From NCBI GenBank assembly GCA_020353515.1, contig CP070695.1, forward strand, positions 4,228,931-4,292,930: a DNA stretch of 64,000 bases, in the 5' to 3' direction. The notes below the pieces were generated by a model. It was not told where the DNA came from. It saw only the letters and a list, made by a program, of their open reading frames with translations, and made no database searches. The stretch is from Candidatus Heimdallarchaeota archaeon (GTDB taxonomy: Archaea > Asgardarchaeota > Heimdallarchaeia > Hodarchaeales > Hodarchaeaceae). Below are positions 49,617 to 60,220 of this stretch, in pieces. Within the stretch, counting starts at the first letter, position 1. Every line of letters begins with the position of its first letter. Both the position numbers and the translations under genes were made by a program.

Positions 49617-52046
49617 ATGAAAAGAAATATAGTAATCGCTGGTGTAATTTTAACATTTGTCATTATTAGTGCCATTGGAGTGGTTTTTTTGATACTATTT
49701 CAACCTAGTTCTCCAGAAGAATTAGGACCTATTCCGAGTACTATACCTGAAGTTGCTTGGTCACGAGGGATTGGGGTTCCTTACAGTCACGTTGGGAAAC
49801 CAAAAACCAGTTATTGGATAATAGATGATAATGAATGGAATGGAGTACCCCTCGGTGGTTTAGGGGCAGGCAGCATTGGTCGTACTTATCGTGGAGATTT
49901 TGCTCGCTGGCACTTAGAAATTGGTAAACATAAATTTGAAACAATATATGCAAATCAATTTTCAGTATATATATCACAAAATGGTGACTCTGACGCACAT
50001 GTTCTATCTCCAATGAAGGCATCAGATGCAAAACTCGATTGGAATTGGGACATGCCTATTGGTGCTGGAACATATTATGGATTATTTCCTAAAGCTTGGT
50101 ATGTTTACAATTGGAAAGAATTGCCTGTGAATCTGTTACAGAAGCAATTCTCTCCTATCATTCCAGAAAATTATAAAGAGAGCAGTTACCCTGTTGGAAT
50201 ATTTGAATGGGTTGTTGATAATCCAACGAATGAGTCAGTAACTGTGGGCTTAATGTTTACATGGCAAAATCTTGTAGGAGCAATCGGTAATACTGATAAT
50301 CCGCTTATGGACAAGTATAATTACGCCTACATTTCTGAGGATAAAAATATGACGGGAATCATTCTCACTCGTGAGAAGAAAAAAGCGGAGGAAGAATGGG
50401 ATGGATCTTTCACATTATTAACACAGAATAATCCCAATTGGACTGTGAGTTATCGTTCCCGCTTTTCTGTTAGTGGAGGAGGCTCTGATGTTTGGCAAGA
50501 TTTCGCAGCAGATGGTAAATTAGACAACATCAACAATACTCTTTCTGCTGATATTTTAGAAGATATTGGTGCAGCTTTATCAGTTACAACTGAATTGGAA
50601 CCTAATGAGAAACAAACAATACCATTTATTCTCGCTTGGGACTTCCCCATCACTGAGTTTGATTGGAATAGACAATGGTATAAACGCTACACTCGATTCT
50701 TTGGTACTACTGGAAGAAATGCATGGGCTATTGCTTCCGAAGCATCAATAAACTATTCAAAATGGGAAGAAGCCATTGATACCTGGCAACAGCCAATCTT
50801 AGAAGATGAGACTCGACCTGATTGGTATAAGACAGCTCTATTCAACGAACTATACTATCTAGTAGATGGTGGTACGTTTTGGGAAAATGGCTTAGTTAGT
50901 GAAGGTCCTCTTGAAGAGGGGATAGGGCGATTTGGTTTTCTTGAATGTTTTGACTACATTATGTATAATACATTTGACGTCCTTTATTATGCCTCCTTTT
51001 CATTAATTCAGCTGTGGCCTGAGTTACAAAAACAAACAATCAGAGATTTTATTGCTGCTGTACCAATAAATGACTCGACAATTACAACAATTTGGGCTAC
51101 AGGGGAGGTTGGTCCGCGTAAAGTTCCTGGAAGTTGCCCTCATGATATTGGATACGAAGATCCCTGGTTTGTTGTTAATTCCTACCGATGGCGGGATTCC
51201 AATATGTGGAAAGATATGAATTCTAAATTTGTCTTGCAACTGTATCGCGATTATTTCTTCACCAATGATACGACACTTGTTGAAGATGGTTGGGCATCTG
51301 TTGTTATGGCCCTGGATTATTTACACAATTACGATACTGATGGAGATCATTTACCTGAAAATGAGGGAGTTCCAGATCAAACTTATGACGAATGGGAAAT
51401 GTCAGGTGAGAGTGCTTACTGTGCTGGTCTGTGGTTAGCAGCCTTGGAAGCAGCTATCGAAATGGGAATTATGATTGGAGATACAGACAACGTAAATCTG
51501 TATATAAATTGGTTAAAAGAAGGAAAATCTTCATACGAGCTTAAACTTTGGAATGGGGAGTATTATTATTATGATTCAAGCGAAGGGGTGCATTCAGACA
51601 GTATAATGGCTGATCAATTAGGTGGTCAATGGTATTGTGATGCAACAGATTTGGATCCTATTGTACCTGAAGAGAATATCTTATCGGCTTTACAAAAGAT
51701 CTACAACTATAACGTGCTTCAGTTTGCTGATGGCCAAATGGGTGCTGTTAATGGGATGCGACCTAATGGTGATATTGACAAAACTAGTGAACAATCTCAA
51801 GAAGTGTGGACAGGTACAACGTACGCCCTTGCTGCATTTATGATCCATCGTGGAATGATTGATGAAGCATGGAACACCGCCTGGGGAATATATAATGTTG
51901 TTTATAATACTAATAGTACCTACAACAAAGGATATTGGTTCCGTACTCCTGAGGCATGGGATATCACAGGGAATTACCGAGCGAGTATGTATATGAGGCC
52001 ACTAAGCATTTGGGCCATTGAACACGCTCTAGAATCCTCTGATTGA
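49617..52046 (+). CDS. GH116 beta-glucosidase/glucosylceramidase (GBA2-like) with N-terminal membrane anchor
   Basis: GVPLGGLGAGSIGR, LFNELYYL, ECFDY..YNTFDV, PHDIG, WKDMNSKF, DQTYD, YMRPLSIW; ATG 49617 followed by a TM helix. Confidence 0.9.
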   Translation: MKRNIVIAGVILTFVIISAIGVVFLILFQPSSPEELGPIPSTIPEVAWSRGIGVPYSHVGKPKTSYWIIDDNEWNGVPLGGLGAGSIGRTYRGDFARWHLEIGKHKFETIYANQFSVYISQNGDSDAHVLSPMKASDAKLDWNWDMPIGAGTYYGLFPKAWYVYNWKELPVNLLQKQFSPIIPENYKESSYPVGIFEWVVDNPTNESVTVGLMFTWQNLVGAIGNTDNPLMDKYNYAYISEDKNMTGIILTREKKKAEEEWDGSFTLLTQNNPNWTVSYRSRFSVSGGGSDVWQDFAADGKLDNINNTLSADILEDIGAALSVTTELEPNEKQTIPFILAWDFPITEFDWNRQWYKRYTRFFGTTGRNAWAIASEASINYSKWEEAIDTWQQPILEDETRPDWYKTALFNELYYLVDGGTFWENGLVSEGPLEEGIGRFGFLECFDYIMYNTFDVLYYASFSLIQLWPELQKQTIRDFIAAVPINDSTITTIWATGEVGPRKVPGSCPHDIGYEDPWFVVNSYRWRDSNMWKDMNSKFVLQLYRDYFFTNDTTLVEDGWASVVMALDYLHNYDTDGDHLPENEGVPDQTYDEWEMSGESAYCAGLWLAALEAAIEMGIMIGDTDNVNLYINWLKEGKSSYELKLWNGEYYYYDSSEGVHSDSIMADQLGGQWYCDATDLDPIVPEENILSALQKIYNYNVLQFADGQMGAVNGMRPNGDIDKTSEQSQEVWTGTTYALAAFMIHRGMIDEAWNTAWGIYNVVYNTNSTYNKGYWFRTPEAWDITGNYRASMYMRPLSIWAIEHALESSD

Positions 52047-52141
52047 CATCTTTCTTTGAAATTGACCATTTATGAACAGCTTTATTCATCACTCCATTTT
52101 TTCCCTATTAGAAGTATTAATTATATTAGAGGTGCCAAAGT

Positions 52142-52846
52142 GTGAAAAAAACTATTCTAATTACAGGAACAAACAGGGGTTTAGGTCTTGCTCTTACTAA
52201 GATATTCCTCGAAAATGGAGACACTGTTTTAGCTCTATATAGAACGCACAGTGATAGATTACAAGAATTGAAAAATAATTTCAAGGATAATATGTTCTTA
52301 TTCGAAGTAGATGTAACCAAAGAGATCGATATAAGAGATGTTTTTTCACAGATTAGAAGGATAACATCATCTATCGATATTTTGGTAAATAACGCTGCTA
52401 TTCATTTAGAAAATCATCGACCTGAACTAGAAAAAACTGATTTTGAAGCGATAGGGGAAACATTTGAAGTTAATTCAATTTCTCCCCTGAAAATAATCAA
52501 ATATGGCATTCCACTAGTTAAGAATAGTCACAATAAACTCATTGTCAATATTTCATCAGAAGCAGGCTCAATTAGCAATCAAACGTGGCGTGAAAGTGAA
52601 TATGGTTACTGTATGAGTAAAGCTGCACTAAACATGATGTCAAAATTACTCCATAATCGATTTAAGAAGGACGGTGTAAAGATATTGGCTGTTCATCCAG
52701 GATGGTTTAGTTCAGATATGGGAGGACCTGAAGCCCCAATTACTCCATTGCAAGCAGCAAATAATGTAGCAAGGACTATTCTTAAGGAATGGAAAATAGA
52801 CGATCAAATCTTTGTTGACTATGATGCTAAACTAATGGATTGGTAA
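52142..52846 (+). CDS. Short-chain dehydrogenase/reductase
   Basis: TGTNRGLG, NNAA, NISS, YCMSK, HPGW. Confidence 0.9.
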   Translation: MKKTILITGTNRGLGLALTKIFLENGDTVLALYRTHSDRLQELKNNFKDNMFLFEVDVTKEIDIRDVFSQIRRITSSIDILVNNAAIHLENHRPELEKTDFEAIGETFEVNSISPLKIIKYGIPLVKNSHNKLIVNISSEAGSISNQTWRESEYGYCMSKAALNMMSKLLHNRFKKDGVKILAVHPGWFSSDMGGPEAPITPLQAANNVARTILKEWKIDDQIFVDYDAKLMDW

Positions 52847-52878
52847 AAGGGAGGAATGTTATTTTTATAACAGGAGAA

Positions 52879-55437
52879 CTAGCAGTTCCATCCATCGATT
52901 TTAACTATCGCTTTACCTTTTAAAGCATGTTTCGGGATTATCCCCTTGATCTCAACCTTCTCTGTTGGAAATAGACTAATACAATTATCATTCCAGTAAA
53001 TAGGTGAAACATATTTCCCTGTACTACTATCAGTAATTAAAAACCGTAGAAAGAAAGCCAAATATTCTGAGATGTTTTCAACATCAACGATGATTTCATA
53101 ATGATTATCATTTTCTTTTATGTTTGAAGAATGATTTATCTTCGCTCTAGGTAGAGAAAATAACTCTCGCATATCTGCATGAGATTTTAACGGTGTATAA
53201 AACCATTCATCTTTCTCTTCAAAGATATCTTTCTTTGTTGAGAGCCAATAAGTATTTTTGATGATCATAATTGAATCATCTTTAAGTGTGAGATCGATGA
53301 AAAAAACTGAAGAGAGTCCCTCAATTCTAGGGAGATCAAAAATCTTTTTCTTATTATTTGGGTCAATATCGATCTTACTCCAAGTTTGTGAAAATTTTGT
53401 TTCAAGATCTATGTTTAACACTCTCACAGTAATAGCTAAATTCTCCTTTTTAGCAAGAGCTGAATTGATGACCCAAATTGAAGCATCATCATATGAATAT
53501 TGAACATGAAGTGGTTCACACGCCTTTTTTGAACCAAAAAAAGCACCATTAGGATTATTGTAATAATCATATAATTGCCAAATCAAACTCGGCCAGGGAC
53601 TATTTAGCATCCATCCGATAACACCTGTTGCCTTCGGGAAGTTTCTAGCATGTGCTTCATACATGGCTCGCCAACATTCATATCCCAAAACTTGCGTTGT
53701 TCTTACGAAACTTTCTATACCTTTTTGTTCACCATATCTTTCCGTAATAGCATCTTCAACTATTTTAGTTGAGCTAAAAGCTCCTAAACCAGCGTGATGA
53801 TTCCAAGCTTCACTTCCAACAACGTGTTGATCTTCTGGAAGAAATCGTTCTATGCTTTCAAGAGGAGGAATACAGGTATCTGGCCCTGTTTCTGTGTTGA
53901 AACCATAAGCAGCGCCAGGTCTTCCTTCTGAATACCAGTAAATTGGAGGGACATACGTATAAGGGCCAGTCATCTTCACTCCTGTCTCTCCTAGTAATTC
54001 AGAAGGTTGAGCTGTAGCACTAGAAATTCTAGGTAGATCATCATAAGTTTCTTTTAATACATTGAGATAAACTTCTTCAACAGGCTTAGGAGGAGGAAAA
54101 TCACTTCCATAAAACCACGCTACAAGACTGGGATGATTACGTAATCGCAGTAATTGGGAAAGCAATGATTCTTTGGCAACTTGAATGTCCCCACTTTTCC
54201 ATTTTTTCCATTTCTCCCAGTGGCTACAGCAAACCCATCCTGCTAAGACTAACATTCCTTTTTTGTCACATTCATCCCAAAAATGATCTGTCGCAAGTTT
54301 ACCCTCAAGACGCACAATGTTCATGTTAAGATTCCTAAGAAAATCAATTGAAATTTCATCTTCCAATTTGGATTGGCGTAACATCATATCAGGTGTCCAA
54401 GCAGCCCCGCGCATTAGAATGTCATGCCCATTAATGGTGAAAACGCGAGATCCATACTCATTTATAGATGTCTTAACATCTCTTATACCAAAAGTTACCT
54501 TTTTGCTATCAGAAATTTGGTTATTTACTTTAACTTGAATATCCAACTCATATAATTCTGGTGAACCTAATTGATATGGCCACCATACTCGAGGATTATT
54601 TATCCTTAGGTTTGGGAAATCTTCTGAGGATATTTCTATTATTTCTTTTTGAAAAGAAGAAAGTTTAATTTCCTTCTTAAAAGTGATATTTTCTATAGTT
54701 CCTTCTAAAACTGCATTAATAGGATCTTTTTGTGTATTGGTAAGCTCTGCACTAATCAGAACTTTTGCTTCTGTTAATGTACTTACGTTTAACTTACTTT
54801 GTATGAACACATTCTTCATCACGACTGGTCCTGTAGTATATAAGAAAATAGGTTGCCATATACCCATGTTGTCATCAGGGGGTAATGGACACCAGTCAAC
54901 AAAACTAATACCAAGATCATCAGGATTTGGAGAGAAGACTTCTAGTGCGAGAACATTTTTGCCTGAATGATTTAAGAAATGTGTTACATGAAAGTCATAT
55001 CTACGATATGTTCCTATAACATAATCAGAACCAGCAATTCGCTTTCCATTTAGCCATATATTTGCTGAATAATTAATACCATTGAATACTATCCAATATT
55101 CATTCTTTGTTTGACCCTCATCTAGTAAAAACTCTTTTCTAAACCACCATGACTTTCTATATGGACTATCTTCAGGTTTATAGCGGCTTTCGAAATTCTG
55201 TTGCTGTTGTACATCTTTTTTATAACCTGGCAAAGATTTCAGATTTAATCCAAAATACGGGTCCTTGAACTGAAATTCACCATTTATAACAAGACCATTC
55301 ACTACAGTTGACGGCACATCAACAGTATACCAATCTTCTGGATTGAAATCAGCTGTAGAAATCTTTTCACCATACTTCGATACCTTTTCCGAAGATTGCA
55401 TTTTCCATTCTTTATTCAAGGGCTTTTTATTACTCAT
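52879..55437 (-). CDS. GH2 exo-beta-D-glucosaminidase (CsxA-like), cytoplasmic
   Basis: WWPYQLG, RLEGK, RNHPS..GSD, KMTGPY, FNTETG, WMLNSPWPSLIWQLYD. Confidence 0.8.
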   Translation of the reverse strand: MSNKKPLNKEWKMQSSEKVSKYGEKISTADFNPEDWYTVDVPSTVVNGLVINGEFQFKDPYFGLNLKSLPGYKKDVQQQQNFESRYKPEDSPYRKSWWFRKEFLLDEGQTKNEYWIVFNGINYSANIWLNGKRIAGSDYVIGTYRRYDFHVTHFLNHSGKNVLALEVFSPNPDDLGISFVDWCPLPPDDNMGIWQPIFLYTTGPVVMKNVFIQSKLNVSTLTEAKVLISAELTNTQKDPINAVLEGTIENITFKKEIKLSSFQKEIIEISSEDFPNLRINNPRVWWPYQLGSPELYELDIQVKVNNQISDSKKVTFGIRDVKTSINEYGSRVFTINGHDILMRGAAWTPDMMLRQSKLEDEISIDFLRNLNMNIVRLEGKLATDHFWDECDKKGMLVLAGWVCCSHWEKWKKWKSGDIQVAKESLLSQLLRLRNHPSLVAWFYGSDFPPPKPVEEVYLNVLKETYDDLPRISSATAQPSELLGETGVKMTGPYTYVPPIYWYSEGRPGAAYGFNTETGPDTCIPPLESIERFLPEDQHVVGSEAWNHHAGLGAFSSTKIVEDAITERYGEQKGIESFVRTTQVLGYECWRAMYEAHARNFPKATGVIGWMLNSPWPSLIWQLYDYYNNPNGAFFGSKKACEPLHVQYSYDDASIWVINSALAKKENLAITVRVLNIDLETKFSQTWSKIDIDPNNKKKIFDLPRIEGLSSVFFIDLTLKDDSIMIIKNTYWLSTKKDIFEEKDEWFYTPLKSHADMRELFSLPRAKINHSSNIKENDNHYEIIVDVENISEYLAFFLRFLITDSSTGKYVSPIYWNDNCISLFPTEKVEIKGIIPKHALKGKAIVKIDGWNC

Positions 55438-55470
55438 TGTGTACTTACTCCAGAAATATTAGGCTTTCTA

Positions 55471-58400
55471 CTATAGAGAGACATCACTCACATATTGAGA
55501 AACTTGATAGATTGATCCATAGTTATATTCACCAGGAACTAAACCTGCGATCTTAAGGATATGACCAACACTTTGATTCCGCTCTTTAATGCGTTCCCAC
55601 AATGGTCGTGGGTCATATCCAGGAATTGTTAGAAAATCAACAACCTGTTGACTACTCAATCTTTGAATAGCTATTATCTTCAGATCCATTTCTTTTTCAG
55701 AAAAAGGAACGATTATATTTCCTCTTGCAACAGAGAACTCCTCCATAGTCGTCTTGTAATACCATAAGTCAACTTTTCGAATTGTAGACCTTTTTAATGC
55801 CAATTCAAAGATTTCTACAATTCTTGCTTTGAGACCATGAGGATCAGTTATTCCCCCAGGAATAAAAATTAGGTCTGGTTGCTCTTGATCTAGAATTGTA
55901 ACTAAAGGAACGATATCAACATCAGAGATCTCAACGATTTTTTCGATAGTTCTAGTTTCGTAAAAAGGTAAATTTAAGAAAACTTGATTTTCAGAGGGTA
56001 TCCCCATATATGCATGCATATCTATTGCTTCAGATTTCCTAACAAGAGTCTTTAACTCTAATAATTTCATCATATCAATGGTATTTTCTTGAATATCTTC
56101 TATAATTGATTTATCGAAAAGATTCTGTTTACAATAATCGATAACATCAGAATTTTTCACATTGATGTTACCACTAACCATATTTATTATTTTTAAGTTG
56201 TTATTATTTCTAACCAAAGTTCGTACAGTCTCAGCAATAATACCATCGTCACCAGGCCGACAAGAAATCACTAATATATTTTTATGTCTCGGTAGCTTTT
56301 CTTTGAACAATATTTTTTCATTAATCCTCTCTAATACCTCAGACGTCAGTCTAGGAACATTATAGTTAAAAAGTTGTAGAAGCTCAGAAAGGAAGTTATT
56401 GTGGAAATCTTGTAAGTCAAGTTGAGTCAACGGCTTTTTTGTTGTCAATGAGACCCAAATTATAGCCTCATCGATTTTTGTATTATCAGTTTCTGTTTTA
56501 TCGGTTTCATTCATCCAATCCATATCGAAAAATAACCAAGGATAAGACATTCGACTTAATTTAGATGCAGCACCCTCCTCTATTAGAAAAGTAGTGTTGA
56601 CATGAGTTTGTAATGCACTGGCAGGTATAAAAGGAGTAATTTTACCCTCTACAGCCTCCTTAATAATGAGTGCCTTATGTTCTCCTGAAGCTAATAGAAT
56701 TATTCTCCTTGCGTCTAATATTGTTCCTATTCCCATTGTAACTGCATAACGAGGAACCTCTTCCATACTTTGAAAAAATCGTGAATTATCTACTCGCGTT
56801 TTTTCTGCTAAACCCACTTTCCTCGTTCGAGAGAAGAAATCTGAGCCAGATTCGTTAAATCCGATGTGTCCTCCATGAATTTCTCTCTTTTCTGTATAGA
56901 AGCTCTCACCAATTCCTAAAATCTGAATATCAATACCTCCAGCCTTCTGGACCAATTGCTCAAATGATTCACAGTAAGATTCAAGATCTTTCTCTGAACA
57001 TTCCCCGTTAGGGATATGAACGTTTTTTGGATTGATATTAATCTGATTGAATAACCAATAATGCATGAAAGTATGATAGCTTTGACTATTTTCTTTTTCT
57101 AGGGGATAATATTCATCAAGATTGAAAGTCGTTACCTTAGAAAAGTCTAGATTTTCTTCTTTATGCATCCGCACTAATTCTTTATACATGCTGATAGGAG
57201 TACTTCCAGTTGCTAACCCCAAAACGGTATTAGGTTTTCTTCGGATTTGCTCAGCGACTATTTGGGCAGCTGCTTTTCCCATTTCCTGATCGTCTTTTTT
57301 AATGACTACAACTACTTTTTCGGATATTTCTCCTACTTTTTGCATCCCCATAATAGCTGCACCAATAGCACCGACAAATTTTCGTTCAGTTTCAGGAAAT
57401 CTTTCCAAAGATGATTCATATACCTGAACAGGGGTGATTTTTGGAATAAAGCGGGTTTTTAAATTGTCACGTACAGTTTCATAAAAATTATACCCGAATT
57501 TTACGATATTACTTCCAATAAGGACTTGATCAATATTTGTTAAATCAACGATTATCTTTATCGCTTTGGCAACATCATTGGCAATCTCATCCAATTTCTC
57601 CTCAGTAAGATCAGAAATGGTTGACATTTTTGCTTCAAGGCAGCCTTTATTTCCACAGCCACATACAGATGCATCAACAGTATCATCGATAATTATATGT
57701 CCTAGTTCGCCTGCAAAGTAGTTTTCACCGTGAACTATTCGATCATTTATGATGATACCTCCACCAACGCTCTCTCCAAGGGTAAGGGTAAAAAAGTCTC
57801 CATCAATCCTAGAAATTTCTTTTTCTCCTAGAGCGATGACATTAGCATCATTTTCAATAAAGGTAGGATGACCAATAGCAGTTTCTATTTCGGCTTTGAG
57901 ATTAATATCGTGGAAATCACCCATTGCTATCATTCTTCTAACAACTATTGGGCCAATTCCACCAGGGATACCAATACCAACGCTTTTAATTTTATCAGGA
58001 TTCAAAGATTCCAATAATTCTTTAATTAAGTCGATAATGCTATTGATAACAGATCTATAGCCTTCTTCTTTTTTTATGCTTCTTCCTGATCTTTTAATTA
58101 TGTTCCCATTACCATCAATGCATACTCCATTAATGGTTTTGCCCCCAACTTCAACGCCTAACCCTATTTGATTTTCAAATTGGCCTAGCTTTTTTATTTT
58201 TGAAGTTAAAGAAATTGGCTCTTCACTGTAAAAAGGGAGTGAAGTTAAAATCTGAACCCCCCCACCTAATTTTTCAAATGTAAATTTGTTTTGAAGACTA
58301 AAACTCAAAGATTTAATGAGATATGATTGAAGAGCTTTATCTTCACATTCAAGAACGATTGCTTTAGGACCGAAGATGTTAATTATATTGAAGATCTTAA

Positions 58401-58512
58401 TAGAAAGTTTTCTCAAGTCTATTTCTTTTTTAGTTTCTACATTAAATTCTACAAAATCAAATTTTGAAAGTAAAAAGGTTTGATTATTCATCAACCTTAT
58501 TGTAACGTCCAT
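55471..58512 (-). CDS. nagB: ROK domain + glucosamine-6-phosphate deaminase + degenerate PIG-L/LmbE domain fusion
   Basis: ROK: ENDAN, GELGH, CGCGNKGCLE; NagB: GLATGSTP, NLDEY, GHIGFNE, TMGIGTI; PIG-L-like: RKSEA, LPFYET, DPHG. Confidence 0.85.
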   Translation of the reverse strand: MDVTIRLMNNQTFLLSKFDFVEFNVETKKEIDLRKLSIKIFNIINIFGPKAIVLECEDKALQSYLIKSLSFSLQNKFTFEKLGGGVQILTSLPFYSEEPISLTSKIKKLGQFENQIGLGVEVGGKTINGVCIDGNGNIIKRSGRSIKKEEGYRSVINSIIDLIKELLESLNPDKIKSVGIGIPGGIGPIVVRRMIAMGDFHDINLKAEIETAIGHPTFIENDANVIALGEKEISRIDGDFFTLTLGESVGGGIIINDRIVHGENYFAGELGHIIIDDTVDASVCGCGNKGCLEAKMSTISDLTEEKLDEIANDVAKAIKIIVDLTNIDQVLIGSNIVKFGYNFYETVRDNLKTRFIPKITPVQVYESSLERFPETERKFVGAIGAAIMGMQKVGEISEKVVVVIKKDDQEMGKAAAQIVAEQIRRKPNTVLGLATGSTPISMYKELVRMHKEENLDFSKVTTFNLDEYYPLEKENSQSYHTFMHYWLFNQININPKNVHIPNGECSEKDLESYCESFEQLVQKAGGIDIQILGIGESFYTEKREIHGGHIGFNESGSDFFSRTRKVGLAEKTRVDNSRFFQSMEEVPRYAVTMGIGTILDARRIILLASGEHKALIIKEAVEGKITPFIPASALQTHVNTTFLIEEGAASKLSRMSYPWLFFDMDWMNETDKTETDNTKIDEAIIWVSLTTKKPLTQLDLQDFHNNFLSELLQLFNYNVPRLTSEVLERINEKILFKEKLPRHKNILVISCRPGDDGIIAETVRTLVRNNNNLKIINMVSGNINVKNSDVIDYCKQNLFDKSIIEDIQENTIDMMKLLELKTLVRKSEAIDMHAYMGIPSENQVFLNLPFYETRTIEKIVEISDVDIVPLVTILDQEQPDLIFIPGGITDPHGLKARIVEIFELALKRSTIRKVDLWYYKTTMEEFSVARGNIIVPFSEKEMDLKIIAIQRLSSQQVVDFLTIPGYDPRPLWERIKERNQSVGHILKIAGLVPGEYNYGSIYQVSQYVSDVSL

Positions 58513-58744
58513 TTCAAACCCATTAACATATTTTTTTCAAAGGTCAAATTATACAATTTTTAGTATTATTATTTGTTAAGTACACTTATTCTATCCAGAA
58601 AGTAAATAGACTACAAATACCATATATATATGTATCTATAATTAGTTGGTATTTTCTTACACTTCTATAAAAAGACTGGATCCGTAATACCTCTACTTAT
58701 AATAGAAGTTTTCCAGAAAGACTAAATATAATAAATTTGGTGAG

Positions 58745-59491
58745 ATGACAATATCAGAAAAGAAATTAAAAATCCCAAAAAGAAAAGGGGGAGATTTAAT
58801 CTCGATACTCTATGAAAATTCAATGGAAAATACAAAAAAGCCTCCATTGGTAATATTTTGTCATGGGTTTACAGGAAACAAGTATGAATGGGGCCGATTC
58901 CCGAAAGCTGCAAAAAAAATGAATGAAAAGGGATATAACGCTATTATCTTTGATTTTTCAGGTTCAGGAGAAAATAAAAGGGAAGCTGTTTTATTGTCGA
59001 AACAGGTTAGGGATTTGGAAGATGTGTATGATTGGGCTAAAGAACAACACTATACTGATTTTGCAATAATCGGATTAAGTTTTGGAGGATTAACAGCTCT
59101 AATTGCAAACCTTCCTGTACATGCAGTTATCTTTTGGGCCCCCGCATTCTATCTGAAACAGATCACGGATGATTCACTTTACAGTCATTTTCCGTTTAAA
59201 TTACCTTCTGCTTCTCCTCCAGAAATATTTATTGAAGAAGATTTCATTCATGAATTGAAGCAAATTAATGTTGACAAACATCTTCAGAAATTAAAAATTC
59301 CTTCATTGATTGTTCATGGAGAATTAGATAGAACTGTTAAACCAGAACTATCGAAAAAGGCACAAGGTCAAATGTCATCAAAAGTCAACAATAAGCTTCA
59401 TTTTGTTAAAAATGCAGACCATATGTTTAACGATGAACAATTAGAGGAATTTATTGCAGAAAGCATCAATTGGCTTCAAAAATATCTTTGA
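58745..59491 (+). CDS. Alpha/beta hydrolase (esterase-like)
   Basis: CHGFTG, GLSFGG nucleophile elbow, HGELD, ADH. Confidence 0.88.
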   Translation: MTISEKKLKIPKRKGGDLISILYENSMENTKKPPLVIFCHGFTGNKYEWGRFPKAAKKMNEKGYNAIIFDFSGSGENKREAVLLSKQVRDLEDVYDWAKEQHYTDFAIIGLSFGGLTALIANLPVHAVIFWAPAFYLKQITDDSLYSHFPFKLPSASPPEIFIEEDFIHELKQINVDKHLQKLKIPSLIVHGELDRTVKPELSKKAQGQMSSKVNNKLHFVKNADHMFNDEQLEEFIAESINWLQKYL

Positions 59492-59577
59492 GATTAAGAT
59501 GAAAAATCCCAGATATAATAACAAATAAAAAAAGTAATTAATTTTTCCAAATTAAGCGTGATGAGAGGAGAAGATTA

Positions 59578-60219
59578 ATGAATTCTGTTAATGTTTTAGT
59601 TATTGGAGGCTCGGATATAAAAGTTCACGATTTTTCGGAAATGGGACCCATTTTCAAAGATTTTTTAGAAGATGCTGGCTTCGTGGTAACATTAACGGAA
59701 GATCTCGTCTTTTTTTTGCCTCAAAACATCAAAAAATTTCAAGCTGTAGTGTGTTACACGACAGGAAGAGAATTAACACCAGAACAAGAACAAGGTCTCT
59801 TAAATGCTATTATAGGTTCACCTTGGGGAGAAACTGGTGAACCAAAAACATTTATTGGAGTTCATGGTGCTACCTGTTCTTTTCAAAATTCTCAAGCGTA
59901 TTTAAGAATGCTCGGGGCTAGATTCTTGACTCATCCTCCTTTGGGAGAGAAGTATAACTTTAAGGTGATTAAACCTGACCATCCTACTATGTATGGAATA
60001 TCAGATTTTTCTCTTAAAGATGAATTATACTTGATGGAGATATATCCTCCTATTGAAACTCTTGTAACATGTGATTTCAAGGATTTTCCTCGTCCTATTG
60101 TATGGGTAAAAGCATACGGTCTTGGAAAAATTTTTTACACAGCGTTAGGACATGGGGAAGAACAGATTCGGGATAAGACTTTTCAGAAAATGATCATTAA
60201 TGCACTCAATTGGACCTGA
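59578..60219 (+). CDS. ThuA-like domain protein
   Basis: GVHGA, FLTHP, DELY, GKIFYTALGH. Confidence 0.85.
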   Translation: MNSVNVLVIGGSDIKVHDFSEMGPIFKDFLEDAGFVVTLTEDLVFFLPQNIKKFQAVVCYTTGRELTPEQEQGLLNAIIGSPWGETGEPKTFIGVHGATCSFQNSQAYLRMLGARFLTHPPLGEKYNFKVIKPDHPTMYGISDFSLKDELYLMEIYPPIETLVTCDFKDFPRPIVWVKAYGLGKIFYTALGHGEEQIRDKTFQKMIINALNWT

Positions 60220-60220
60220 T

